Assembly: GCA_965222605.1 (NCBI GenBank) | Contig: OZ244960.1 | Coordinates: 3,424,001-3,488,000 of the forward strand | Direction: 5' to 3' | Origin: Candidatus Latescibacterota bacterium | GTDB lineage: Bacteria; Latescibacterota; UBA2968 | DNA length: 64,000 bases | Shown: positions 28,884 to 39,497 of the stretch, piece by piece | Position numbering within the stretch: position 1 is the stretch's first letter | Layout: every line of letters starts with the position of its first letter | Program-made: the position numbers and the translations under genes | Notes under the pieces: generated by a model | Databases searched by the model: none | What the model was told of the DNA's origin: nothing | Seen by the model: the letters and a program-made list of their open reading frames with translations, nothing else

Positions 28884-31304
28884 TCATCCTGATCCGCCGT
28901 AAAAAAAGACTACTTCTCGCGTTGCCTTTTCTCCGCTTACTTTGTCCTGTACGGTGATTTCTACCACATTTACCCCTGGTTTGGCCTTTTTCAGATCCAG
29001 TTCTACGTATTCGCGTTCTTCTTCGTCGGTTCCCACCTGTTCGTAGGTTACGGAGATTTGGGGTTTTCGCTGCCGTAGAAGTGTGCGGATTCCCGAGGTG
29101 ATGACGCCTGCGAGGCCTATGGTGTTGCGCGGGTTAAATTGTACGCGGTACTGCACTTTGTAGCGGGTTTGCCCGAAGGTGTCGCGCTTCAAATTGTAGA
29201 TTTCAAAATAGGCAAATACCCGACTGCCCAGAGGGTAGCTTCGGGAGGCCATTGGGGATACGTAGATGTCTTTTTTTTGCAGGCGGTCGTTGGTGCCTGT
29301 CTCGGTGATTGAGGAGGCCAACTGGATGCCGCTGATTTTTACGCCTGCGGAGTCAAAATTAGAAACTGTGAGTTCCTGTTTATAAGCGCCCACGCGCCCG
29401 GATAATTCGTCTTCTAACTGGACTTGAAGCTGATATTTTTCTCCGGGAGATGCCTCAATGCGTATCACATCGGGAATGAAGACGCCCCGGTTTTTAGGGA
29501 ATTCCCGGCTGTTTTGATAGGATAGTACCTCGTGTGCGCGGTAAATATTTTCGTGGCTTAGATCCGATAGGGCAAGGGTGGCTTTTGTGTGTATGAGATA
29601 ATCGCTATCGCCTTTCCCCACTGTGACTTCTGCTGGTGGTACCCCGTAATATACCTCTATAATGGTCTTGCCATTCGTTCCGCGGAAATCCGCGACGTCG
29701 TAAAAGAAATGGAGGGCGTCTTTGCCCACGCTGGGGCGATAATAGTCGGGTACGACGGAGATTGATTGCTGATAGATTACCCCGGGCGCGTATTCCATCA
29801 TCCGCGCCACGCTGGCGATGCGGTTGTCGCTTTGGGGCAAGGGCGGCATGGGCGCGAAATCAAAATGTCCGTTTCCGACTTCGTCGGTAAAGGTAAATTC
29901 TACGCCGCCTTGCAGTTGTGTATATGTCCAGGTTTCCCAGGGTACGGTTTCGAATTCGCGGTCTGATGTTACGGGGCTGTAATTCAAAAAACGTTGCTCT
30001 GTTCGGGGGGCAACGGATAGATCAAATGGACTGGATGCGACCAGGTCGGGTATTTCAAATTGAAATCCCAGAGTTTCTGCCTCTTCTCCGGGGTTCAGGG
30101 CGAGGATGGCGTCGTCTTCTCCTGCGTCTGTGCCAAATACGCCGGTGTTCAGACTTTGGTTTGTGATATTGCCTTCAAACGGCTTGCGCTGGCTGCGTAT
30201 GGGAAAGACCGGTCCCGTGAATGTGTAATAGGTTGCCGCTGGTCCCCAGATATCGGCTGCCATTCGGTTGCGAACGGCTTCTACTTCTGGCGATGTTACA
30301 AATTCGCGCTGGTTGGAGCGAGACCGATAATCGGGTTCGCCGTACCGGATATAGACTTCGCCCCTCTGGTCCCAGGGGCTGATTTTTTTAGAAAGAAAAG
30401 TGCGCGCATACCATACACGCCGGTAGTGTTCTACGATGCGTTCGTTGATTTGGGTCAGGATATCCGAATCTCGCCGCCGCCAGAACTTGTGCAGATAGTC
30501 CAGTTTTTCAGATTCCTCGGATAGGCTCTGAAATGCGTGCCATTCTTTTTCCGAAGCTACGAGAGATATGTCGGTGTAATAGGCGCGTTCGCTTTCGTCA
30601 ACGCGCTGTAAATAGCGTTCGAAATAGTTCAGGGATAGGCGGTGTTCTTTTTGATAAAAATGGCCTATGGCTGCCAGAGGTAAGAGGCGGAGTTCGGGGT
30701 CGTGCGCGTTGATATAGGGGATGATGTGCGCCGCAATCAGGTCGTGTTGATCGGCCTGTACGCAGGCCAGGCCGAAATAGTACAGTCCGTCGGGATTATC
30801 CGATTCCACCTGGATATATTTTAGATAGTAATCTACGGCTTTCTGGTGGTCTTCCCGAAACCGCTCGTACAATTCGCCCAGGAGCCGGTACGCAGGCCCA
30901 TAAGTCGAGTCGAGTTTGGTCGCTCGTTTGGCCTCGCCTATGGCTTTGCGGAAATTGCTATAAGCCGATAGGCCCGAAGCCGGGCGTTCGGCATAAACCA
31001 GTCCCAGCCCCACATACGCTTCTACCAAATTTTGATCCAGTTTTTTGGCTGTTTTGAAAGCGGCTTCCGCTTTTTCAAAGTCGCGGTTTTTTAAGTACGC
31101 ATAGCCCAGGCGAGATTGGAGTTGGGCGTCTTTGGGGAAGGCTTTGGTTAAGTTCGAGAATGTCGCAACGGCGGCTTCTGCCTGCCCTTCCCGAAGGTAC
31201 TTTTGCCCCAGGGTCAACAGGGAGTCCCGCTGGTCTGCTGCTGCCTGATTCCAGCACAGGATACATAGAAGCGCGTAGAGAATACAGATTCGAGATCGTC
31301 TCAT
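28884..31304 (-). CDS. TPR + GWxTD domain protein
   Basis: Signal peptide, N-terminal TPRs, FWRRRD...EHYRRVWYA...WDQRGEVYIRYGEPD. Confidence 0.85.
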   Translation of the reverse strand: MRRSRICILYALLCILCWNQAAADQRDSLLTLGQKYLREGQAEAAVATFSNLTKAFPKDAQLQSRLGYAYLKNRDFEKAEAAFKTAKKLDQNLVEAYVGLGLVYAERPASGLSAYSNFRKAIGEAKRATKLDSTYGPAYRLLGELYERFREDHQKAVDYYLKYIQVESDNPDGLYYFGLACVQADQHDLIAAHIIPYINAHDPELRLLPLAAIGHFYQKEHRLSLNYFERYLQRVDESERAYYTDISLVASEKEWHAFQSLSEESEKLDYLHKFWRRRDSDILTQINERIVEHYRRVWYARTFLSKKISPWDQRGEVYIRYGEPDYRSRSNQREFVTSPEVEAVRNRMAADIWGPAATYYTFTGPVFPIRSQRKPFEGNITNQSLNTGVFGTDAGEDDAILALNPGEEAETLGFQFEIPDLVASSPFDLSVAPRTEQRFLNYSPVTSDREFETVPWETWTYTQLQGGVEFTFTDEVGNGHFDFAPMPPLPQSDNRIASVARMMEYAPGVIYQQSISVVPDYYRPSVGKDALHFFYDVADFRGTNGKTIIEVYYGVPPAEVTVGKGDSDYLIHTKATLALSDLSHENIYRAHEVLSYQNSREFPKNRGVFIPDVIRIEASPGEKYQLQVQLEDELSGRVGAYKQELTVSNFDSAGVKISGIQLASSITETGTNDRLQKKDIYVSPMASRSYPLGSRVFAYFEIYNLKRDTFGQTRYKVQYRVQFNPRNTIGLAGVITSGIRTLLRQRKPQISVTYEQVGTDEEEREYVELDLKKAKPGVNVVEITVQDKVSGEKATREVVFFYGGSG

Positions 31305-31515
31305 TAGAAAACCCTCCGACTGTGCGTCGCATTACTATAATGCAAGTTTATGAAAAATTGTTTATAAGCGCAACCCTATCCTTGATAAAAGTATTAATCA
31401 ATGGTGCGGGTTATTCATGCCGGAATAGGTTTTTATCCGGGCGATGAGCCTTCTTCGATATCGAGTTCAACACATGCTTTGATTGCCAATGGGGTTGAAA
31501 TAGACGTTGAACAGG

Positions 31516-31633
31516 TGCATCCTGCTGTATGCAGTGCATCCCATCGGATGCATCTTACTTATCTTTATATAAATCAGGTATTTATTTGTATTTCACTTAA
31601 ATAAGCGGTTATAAGTGCATCCTGGCGGATGCA
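31516..31633. promoter_or_regulatory. Three palindromic TGCATCC-N4-GGATGCA sites (candidate enhancer/UAS for a sigma54 activator)
   Basis: 31516-31533 (1 mismatch), 31535-31552 and 31616-31633 (perfect), ~110-230 bp upstream of the -24/-12 promoter. Confidence 0.7.
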
Positions 31634-31743
31634 CTTGCGCCAGAATCTCGCAGGTGTAGCACAAATAATTCTTAATTTTTATCTCTTTGTTTTTCAAGCA
31701 CTTGAAGACATTCAAGGGCTTTTTTTTTGTACCGAATGGTTTT

Positions 31744-31758
31744 TGGCACGCATTTTGC
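31744..31758 (+). promoter_or_regulatory. Sigma54 (-24/-12) promoter
   Basis: TGGCACG-CATT-TTGC, an exact match to TGGCACG-N4-TTGC, facing the large surface-protein gene. Confidence 0.8.
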
Positions 31759-31969
31759 GACATTTGCGACATGGAAATCCTATTGACCACGGCCTCATCT
31801 CGCATACCTGAAAAATCACCAGGTACAGCAAGCGTGTGAATTGTGTGAAAAGAGGTTCTTGACAAAGAGCATTGAATTATGCAGATTAGTTCCCAAATTA
31901 AAACAAACGTATGTTTGATCTGTTTTTCATCAATTCCACCCTCGATCTTTCATGAAAGGAAAGGTAAAG

Positions 31970-34900
31970 ATGGTTCGTACAGAAACTTCCGTTTTCACCG
32001 TTGATGGTTCGACCACGCATCCTGATTGCAGCACCATGAGCACTGACCGTTGCCTGAACACAAGCCGCCGGACTGACCCCTCTCCCGCCACCGACCAGGG
32101 CCGTCATTGGCTCCCTGGACGCCTTGCCTGCTACATGCTTGCCGTACTCGCCGCGCTGTCAATCCTGCCAGCGGCAGCGCAGGACCAGGACACCACCGCC
32201 CCGGAACTGAGGTCCGTATCGATCAACAGAATACTACTGAGGCTGACCTACGACGAGGAACTGGACGATGATTCGGAGCCAGATATTTCGGCGTTCACGG
32301 TCACTGTCAACGGTGCTTCCCGAGAAGTGAGGACGGTTGTCGTAATCAGAACATTTGTGTTGGTGTTTCTCTACTCACCAGTGCAGGCTGGCGAGACTGT
32401 GACCGTGTCCTATACGGTACCCGCGACCAACCCGGTCCAGGACCTATCGGGAAATCGGGCCGCGGCCATTACCAACCTGCCTGTAAGCAACAACACTCCG
32501 GCGACTGCTCCACCCGCGCCAACGAACCTCACCGCACAGGCCGGCGACAGATCGGTAGCACTGACCTGGACCACGCCAGGCAACGGTGGCAGCGCCATCA
32601 CCAGGCATCAATACCGCGAAAAAGTGGAATCGGGTGCATTCGGCAACTGGATGAACATCTCCAACAGTGCCGAAGGCCAAGCCAACGCCAACAGCTACAC
32701 CGTCTCGGACCTGACCAACGGCATCACCTACACCTTCGAGGTACGCGCGGTGAACGCACAAGGCGAAAGCGCCGAGTCCAATGAGGACAGTGCCAGGCCA
32801 GCCGCAACCGTCACCTCAACCATCCCGCCTGCACCGACGAACCTCACCGCGCAGGCCGGCGACGCTCAGGTAACACTAACCTGGACCACGCCGGGCAACG
32901 GCGGCAGCACCATCACCAGGCATCAATACCGCGAAAAAGTGGGGACGAGTTTGTTCGGCAACTGGATGAACATCTCCAACAGTGCCGAAGGCCAAGCCAA
33001 TGCCAACAGCTACACCGTCTCGGACCTGACCAACGGCATCACCTACACCTTCGAGGTGCGCGCTGCAAACGCACAAGGCGCAAGCACCGAGTCCAATGAA
33101 GACAGTGCCAGGCCAGCCACAGTACCCGACGCGCCGACCAACCTCACCGCGCAGGCCGGCGACGCTCAGGTAACACTGACCTGGACCACGCCGGGCAACG
33201 GTGGCAGCACCATCACCAAACACCAATACCGCGAAAAGATAGAATCGGGTGAGTTCGGCAACTGGATGAACATCCCCAACAGTGCCGAGGGCCAAGCCAA
33301 CGCCAACAGCTACACCGTCCCAAACAGAACCAACGGCATCACCTACACCTACCAGGTACGTGCTGTAAACGCACAAGGCGAAAGCACCGAGTCTAATGAG
33401 GACAGTGCCAGGCCAACAGCAACCGTCACCTCGACCGCCCCACCTGCGCCAACGAACCTCACGGCACAGGCTGGCGACAGATCGGTAACACTAACCTGGA
33501 CCACGCCGGGCAACGGCGGCAGTTCCATCACCAAACACCAATACCGCGAAAAAGTGGGGACAGGTGAGTTTGGCAACTGGACTAACATCCCCAACAGCAC
33601 CGAAGGTCAGACCAACGCCAACAGCTACACCGTCCCAAATAGAACCAACGGCACCACTTACACCTACAAGGTGCGCGCTGCAAACGCACAAGGCGCAAGC
33701 ACCGAGTCCAATGAAGACAGTGCCAGGCCAGCCACAGTACCCGACGCGCCGACCAACCTCACCGCGCAGGCCGGCGACGCTCAGGTAACACTGACCTGGA
33801 CCACGCCGGGCAACGGTGGCAGCACCATCACCAAACACCAATACCGCGAAAAGATAGAATCGGGTGAGTTCGGCAACTGGATGAACATCCCCAACAGTGC
33901 CGAGGGCCAAGCCAACGCCAACAGCTACACCGTCCCAAACAGAACCAACGGCATCACCTACACCTACCAGGTACGTGCTGTAAACGCACAAGGCGAAAGC
34001 ACCGAGTCTAATGAGGACAGTGCCAGGCCAACAGCAACCGTCACCTCGACCGCCCCACCTGCGCCAACGAACCTCACGGCACAGGCTGGCGACAGATCGG
34101 TAACACTAACCTGGACCACGCCGGGCAACGGCGGCAGTTCCATCACCAAACACCAATACCGCGAAAAAGTGGGGACAGGTGAGTTTGGCAACTGGACTAA
34201 CATCCCCAACAGCACCGAAGGTCAGACCAACGCCAACAGCTACACCGTCCCAAATAGAACCAACGGCACCACTTACACCTACAAGGTGCGCGCTGCAAAC
34301 GCACAAGGCGAAAGCACCGAGTCTAATGAGGACAGTGCCAGGCCAACAGCAACCGTTACCTCAACTGTCCCCCCTGCGCCAACGAACCTCACGGCACAGG
34401 CTGGCGACAGATCGGTAACACTAACCTGGACCACGCCGGGCAACGGCGGCAGTTCCATCACCAGGCATCAATACCGCGAAAAGATAGAATCGGGTGAGTT
34501 CGGCAACTGGATGAACATCCCCAACAGTGCCGAAGGCCAAGCCAACGCCAACAGCTACACCGTCCCAAACAGAACCAACGGCATCACCTACACCTTCGAG
34601 GTGCGTGCGGTGAACGCACAAGGCGAAAGCACCGAGTCCAATGAAGACAGTGCCAGGCCAGCCACAGTACCCGACGCGCCGACCAACCTCACCGCGCAGG
34701 CAGGTAACGCTCAGGTAACACTAACCTGGACCACACCGGGCAATGGCGGCAGTTCCATCACCAGGCATCAATACCGCGAAAAGATAGAATCGGGTGAGTT
34801 CGGCAACTGGATGAACATCCCCAACAGTGCCGAAGGCCAAGCCAACGCCAACAGCTACACCGTCCCAAACAGAACCAACGGCATCACTTACACCTACAAG

Positions 34901-37846
34901 GTACGCGCGGTGAACGCACAAGGCCAAAGCACAGAGTCCAATCAAGCCAGTGCTAGGCCGATCTTATCATCTTATCCCCCACTGAGCGTCTCACCAATAG
35001 CGTATAAAACTGTCGAACAGGGCAAACTAATTACCCCGATTCATTTATCAGCATCCGGAGGTTGGGAACCCTATACGTATTCCATATCTGGCGCACCAAC
35101 GGGTATCTCTTTATCAAGTGGTAATCGCATCACAGGCAGGCCCTCACAGAGTGGAACTTTCACAATTACTGTAACCGTGACCGATGTGCGTGGTAGTACT
35201 GGAGAGCATAGTTTCAGGATGAGTGTTTATTCGAAAGAGCTTACTAAAAAATTTTCTCCAATTTTGATTTTGACAGAACATCCAAGTAGAGAGGACCGCA
35301 AAGTGATCTTTCCCGAACCCGTGGAAATCATGGGTGCAGAATCTGTTTCTAATCTTAAGTTTCGTATTAACAACGTCCTGGGACAAGAATTATCTGATAG
35401 TTTTTATTCCGCCTTAACTTCATCTTGGCGTGATTATTTTAATAGTATTTACCAGAATACCATTAATAATTCTATTAATCTTTCAGAGAATAAATTTGCC
35501 TTCTTACCTGCGGCGTTAAGATATCAGGGAAGGCCACCGGGACTTGCAGATGGTATCTATTTTGTGCTTGCATATTTTGACTATCCTGGCGAACTGGAAA
35601 CAGGTGAAAATAGCTGGTATGATTATTATACTGGTACTACTGATCCTCCTCACCCTCAAGCCGGAGCTAATTTTGGCAACACAGCATACGTGCATATTTT
35701 TGATAAAGGTGATGGTAATGTCGTCATACAGTATTATTACTTTTATCCCTTTAATGATTTTCAAAATAACCACGAAGGGGATTGGCCACGCATTAATGTT
35801 ATTGTGGACTCCTTTGATCCAGATGACGCAGAACTCGTTGGAATTGACTACACATTTCATGGCAAGGGTCTAACCTATACCAGTACTGACGATAGGATTT
35901 TCAACCCTCAGACACGTTTTGTTGCACCAGCTGAAGGCGGAACGCATCCAGTTGTATATGTTGGAGCAGGTTCCCACGGTGGTTATCCTACCGGAGGTAA
36001 TTATCCGGATCCCGGTGGTGAAATAGCAGGGATAGGTTATGATGAAGATATGACAACGGATGGGCTTGTTCTGAATACTCAGGTCGAGGACACGCGGCGT
36101 GATGTTGCACAATCTTATGATTTAATATTTCTGCCCAATCCCGATCCAAATCAACCCAATATGGGTTTGTCACCAGAAATGAGTTGGTTGGGTACTACAG
36201 CACTATGGGGAACACCACGCGTTGATTCACCCGGTGATGGGCCATACGCCCAGTTTATAAGGGAAATACTAGATTTGATCCCGGGCACCTTATTTGACTT
36301 ACCCCGCGACTTAAATAAAGCAGCTCTAGGACCGGTTTATAGTGGCTGGAACACATCGGGAGCGAGTGGTTACGATAAGGTTAATGTACCTTATACCGAG
36401 TTTCAACAATTTCCAATCGTACAAAACGTTACATGGAGTGGCACAATAAAGCTGATTGGTGATATTGTTGTCTATCCCGGCGCAACTCTGACAATTGACG
36501 CTGGCACGACGATCAGAGCCGCTCCCAATCGAGATATTCACGGCATTATAGATGCAAATCACGTCGATATTATCAACTATGGAAAGATACGCGCCAATGG
36601 GACAAGCTTGCAACCCATTGTATTTCGTTCCGACACTTTGATTGCCTCGGCAGGAGACTGGTATGGCATCAGGAATCACGGCGATTTGACTATGAGCCAT
36701 TGCACGATTCAACATGCAGTGGTTGGTCTGGATTTGCAAGGGACGCAGACCTTGACGGATATGACATTGAATACCAATACCTATAACACCCCTCTAACAA
36801 TCACAGCAATAGAGGATGTTACAGCGACTCAAAATGGGGCGATTACAGATATACCGGTGAGTGCATCAGGAGGGTGGGAACCCTATACGTATTCCACATC
36901 TGAATTACCTTCAGGTATCGTTCTTGATCAAAATCAAAACAGGGTTTTCATCACTGGCACACCAACAGCGACTGCCTACTCTGACATTACAGTGACCGTG
37001 CGAGATGCTGTAAATGACGAGGCATCGACATCGTTTAACCTGTTTGTTTCTGCGGTTACTCAGCCCTTGAGTATCGAGTCAATAGCGGATGTGATAGCCA
37101 CTCAGGATGTCGCAATTACCCCCATACAGGTAGTAGCGTCAGGCGGTAGCGGGGCATATACGTATTCGATAGAGAGCAACCCTGAAGGTTTAATAGCGAG
37201 CGATCCTGACGAAGATCCTGGTCTTTCTATCGATTCGAATGGCCGCATCACAGGCGCACCCCCAGTGAGTGGGGATTTCAGGATCACGGTGACCGTGGAA
37301 GATGCCCCTCTTGGCCGTGCTCCCCCCACACAGGAAAGTCACTATTTCTCCATGACGGTCAATGCACCCACACACGTTACGCCGCCGCTGACAATCGTAG
37401 AGATAGATGATATAGCGATCAAGATCAGTGGTGTACAGACGAACAGCCCGATTACGCCTATTCAGGTCTCAGCATCAGGCGGACAAACGCCTTATACTTA
37501 TTCCATGTCCAGCAACCCTGCCACTGGTTCTGGTCTGTCCATCAATGCGAGCAACGGACAGATCACAGGCACGCCAACACAGAGAGGCACTTTCACACTG
37601 ACCGTGACTGTAACGGATAATGCAAGTACGACTGCAACTGAAAGTTTCTCAATGGCTGTCCGTCTGATAGGTGACTTTAATGGTGATGGTGTGGTCAATT
37701 TATCAGATCATTTACTTTTTTTAGAAGTGTTTGGTCTAACCGAAGATGACGATGGTTTTAATGCAGAGATGGATTTGAATGGCGATGGAACCATTGGTAT
37801 TCCCGATTTTCTGATCTTTGTAGATAACTTTGGCTCTTCTGCATAG
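31970..37846 (+). CDS. Large secreted/surface protein: SwmB-like, 8x fibronectin III, Ig-like, Vps62/NPP1-like domain, short beta-helix, 3x Ig-like, dockerin-like double EF-hand
   Basis: Signal peptide MLAVLAALSILPAAA; PTNLTAQAG..W..Y..YTFEVRAVN repeats; QYYYFYPFN..HEGDW..HPVVYVGAGSHGGY; SASGG..PYTYS..ITGTP; GDFNGDGVVN..DLNGDGTI..DF. Start uncertain (31952/31970/32135). Confidence 0.88.
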   Translation: MVRTETSVFTVDGSTTHPDCSTMSTDRCLNTSRRTDPSPATDQGRHWLPGRLACYMLAVLAALSILPAAAQDQDTTAPELRSVSINRILLRLTYDEELDDDSEPDISAFTVTVNGASREVRTVVVIRTFVLVFLYSPVQAGETVTVSYTVPATNPVQDLSGNRAAAITNLPVSNNTPATAPPAPTNLTAQAGDRSVALTWTTPGNGGSAITRHQYREKVESGAFGNWMNISNSAEGQANANSYTVSDLTNGITYTFEVRAVNAQGESAESNEDSARPAATVTSTIPPAPTNLTAQAGDAQVTLTWTTPGNGGSTITRHQYREKVGTSLFGNWMNISNSAEGQANANSYTVSDLTNGITYTFEVRAANAQGASTESNEDSARPATVPDAPTNLTAQAGDAQVTLTWTTPGNGGSTITKHQYREKIESGEFGNWMNIPNSAEGQANANSYTVPNRTNGITYTYQVRAVNAQGESTESNEDSARPTATVTSTAPPAPTNLTAQAGDRSVTLTWTTPGNGGSSITKHQYREKVGTGEFGNWTNIPNSTEGQTNANSYTVPNRTNGTTYTYKVRAANAQGASTESNEDSARPATVPDAPTNLTAQAGDAQVTLTWTTPGNGGSTITKHQYREKIESGEFGNWMNIPNSAEGQANANSYTVPNRTNGITYTYQVRAVNAQGESTESNEDSARPTATVTSTAPPAPTNLTAQAGDRSVTLTWTTPGNGGSSITKHQYREKVGTGEFGNWTNIPNSTEGQTNANSYTVPNRTNGTTYTYKVRAANAQGESTESNEDSARPTATVTSTVPPAPTNLTAQAGDRSVTLTWTTPGNGGSSITRHQYREKIESGEFGNWMNIPNSAEGQANANSYTVPNRTNGITYTFEVRAVNAQGESTESNEDSARPATVPDAPTNLTAQAGNAQVTLTWTTPGNGGSSITRHQYREKIESGEFGNWMNIPNSAEGQANANSYTVPNRTNGITYTYKVRAVNAQGQSTESNQASARPILSSYPPLSVSPIAYKTVEQGKLITPIHLSASGGWEPYTYSISGAPTGISLSSGNRITGRPSQSGTFTITVTVTDVRGSTGEHSFRMSVYSKELTKKFSPILILTEHPSREDRKVIFPEPVEIMGAESVSNLKFRINNVLGQELSDSFYSALTSSWRDYFNSIYQNTINNSINLSENKFAFLPAALRYQGRPPGLADGIYFVLAYFDYPGELETGENSWYDYYTGTTDPPHPQAGANFGNTAYVHIFDKGDGNVVIQYYYFYPFNDFQNNHEGDWPRINVIVDSFDPDDAELVGIDYTFHGKGLTYTSTDDRIFNPQTRFVAPAEGGTHPVVYVGAGSHGGYPTGGNYPDPGGEIAGIGYDEDMTTDGLVLNTQVEDTRRDVAQSYDLIFLPNPDPNQPNMGLSPEMSWLGTTALWGTPRVDSPGDGPYAQFIREILDLIPGTLFDLPRDLNKAALGPVYSGWNTSGASGYDKVNVPYTEFQQFPIVQNVTWSGTIKLIGDIVVYPGATLTIDAGTTIRAAPNRDIHGIIDANHVDIINYGKIRANGTSLQPIVFRSDTLIASAGDWYGIRNHGDLTMSHCTIQHAVVGLDLQGTQTLTDMTLNTNTYNTPLTITAIEDVTATQNGAITDIPVSASGGWEPYTYSTSELPSGIVLDQNQNRVFITGTPTATAYSDITVTVRDAVNDEASTSFNLFVSAVTQPLSIESIADVIATQDVAITPIQVVASGGSGAYTYSIESNPEGLIASDPDEDPGLSIDSNGRITGAPPVSGDFRITVTVEDAPLGRAPPTQESHYFSMTVNAPTHVTPPLTIVEIDDIAIKISGVQTNSPITPIQVSASGGQTPYTYSMSSNPATGSGLSINASNGQITGTPTQRGTFTLTVTVTDNASTTATESFSMAVRLIGDFNGDGVVNLSDHLLFLEVFGLTEDDDGFNAEMDLNGDGTIGIPDFLIFVDNFGSSA
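32500..34960 (+). repeat. Eight tandem FN3-coding repeats (300/315 bp units)
   Basis: Near-identical DNA units; repeats 3-4 and 5-6 form an apparently exact 615-bp duplication. Confidence 0.93.
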
Positions 37847-37889
37847 TTTTTTAGTGCAAGAGACCTCTCTTTGTCAGGAGGAATACATC

Positions 37890-38687
37890 ATGACACATAT
37901 AGCAGCAATCATTCTGATTTTAGGTCTCTGTCTGCCCCAGGCTCTGATGGCAGGGGAGGTCCTTGAAGCCGGTGAGATTGACAGCAGCAAGGTAAAAGTC
38001 GGTGCCTATGCCGAGATCATCTATGGGACGGGTGAGCGGGATCAAGTCTCAGGGAAGTGGGAGAAACTAGATACCGCACAAGGATATATTAAAGCCGTTG
38101 ATGCAGAGAGTTTGACTATTGGACGCGGTCTTTGGAAGGAGCAAATAGCTTTTGAGCGCATACAAAAGCTGATCCTTGCAGAGTCTGGTCGTGAAATAGA
38201 CAGGCTTAAAAAGACAACTGATTCGCTTTCTGTGAGAAAAGAGAATGGGAACTCGCGAATGATCAAAAAGTTGGGCTGCGGTGCTCTTGCTGGGTTCTTA
38301 TCCGGCATTGTGGGGACCGCAATCGTTACAGCGATAGGTGACTGCCGATCTGAAAATCTAGGATGTTTTGTTGCACCAATTGCAATCGGTGGAGGGATTG
38401 GCTGGGTAGTCGGTGTGCCCGTCGGCGTGAGCTTATGTGATCCACATGATCGATTTACCTATTCATTGGCAGGCAGCCTGATAGGAAGTACAGTAAGTCT
38501 TGCGGTGCTCAAGATAGACGAAAAGACCGCACAAAACCTCTGGCAAGCCCTTGTTATCAGTCCCCTTATTGGCGCGGTGATCATGTCCGAGTTGTTCCGA
38601 AAACCGTTAGAGAACCGTCGTGTCTCTATCGGTCTGCTACCCGGTCCCAAAGGACGAGTATCCGCTGTTGCCACACTTCGATTTTGA
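37890..38687 (+). CDS. Array family A protein 1 (signal peptide, Sm/SH3-like domain, Gly-rich hydrophobic helices, C-terminal beta-hairpin-Phe)
   Basis: AGGAGG RBS; MTHIAAIILILGLCLPQAL; ends RRVSIGLLPGPKGRVSAVATLRF. Confidence 0.85.
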   Translation: MTHIAAIILILGLCLPQALMAGEVLEAGEIDSSKVKVGAYAEIIYGTGERDQVSGKWEKLDTAQGYIKAVDAESLTIGRGLWKEQIAFERIQKLILAESGREIDRLKKTTDSLSVRKENGNSRMIKKLGCGALAGFLSGIVGTAIVTAIGDCRSENLGCFVAPIAIGGGIGWVVGVPVGVSLCDPHDRFTYSLAGSLIGSTVSLAVLKIDEKTAQNLWQALVISPLIGAVIMSELFRKPLENRRVSIGLLPGPKGRVSAVATLRF

Positions 38688-38700
38688 GGAAGCTACCAAT

Positions 38701-39497
38701 ACCTGTCTGTTTCTGCGGCTGCTCGGCCCTTGAGTATCGAGTCAATAGCGGATATTATAGCCACTCAGGATGTGGCAATTACCCCCATACAGGTAAAAGC
38801 GTCAGGCGGTAGCGGGGCATATACGTATTCGATAGAGAGCGACCCAACCGAAGGTTCTGGTCTTTCTATCGATTCGAATGGCCGCATCACAGGCGCACCC
38901 ACAGCGAGTGGAAATTTCAGGATCACAGTGACCGTGGAAGATGCCCCTCCAGGCCGTGCTCCCCCCACACAGGTCAGTCGCTATTTCTCCATGACGGTAA
39001 ATGCACCCACACACGTTACGCCGCCGCTGACAATCGCAGAGATAAATGATATAACAGTCAAAATAAGTGGCGTGCAGACGAACAGCCCCATTACCCCTAT
39101 TCAGGTCTCAGCATCAGGAGGACAAACGCCATACTCCTATTCCCTGTCCAGCAACCCTGCCACAGGTGCTGGGCTGTCCATCAATGAGAACAGTGGACAA
39201 ATCACAGGCACACCCACACAGGCAGGCTCTTTCACACTAACCGTGAGTGTAACGGATAATGCAAGTACGACTGCAACTGAAAGGTTCTCAATGGCTGTCC
39301 GTCTGATAGGTGACTTTAATGGTGATGGTGTGGTCAATTTATCAGATCATTCACTTTTTGTGGCAGCGTTTGGCCTATCCGAAGATGACGATGGTTTTAA
39401 TGCTGAGATGGATTTGAATGGCGATGGAACCATTGGTATTCCCGATTTTCTGATCTTTGTAAGTCACTACCCTGGCACCGCTGCCCGGTTTTTTTAG
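38701..39497 (+). pseudogene. Orphan tail cassette 1 (Ig-Ig-dockerin, ends YPGTAARFF)
   Basis: Homologous to 37038-37846; no RBS, ATG or signal peptide. Confidence 0.8.

Noticed and set aside
38685-38730. Stop-codon read-through fusing A1 to the next tail (same frame, single TGA)
   Set aside because: The equivalent junctions after A4 and A6 contain a second in-frame TAA and the one after A2 is out of frame, so it is not conserved; fusion would also bury the terminal Phe
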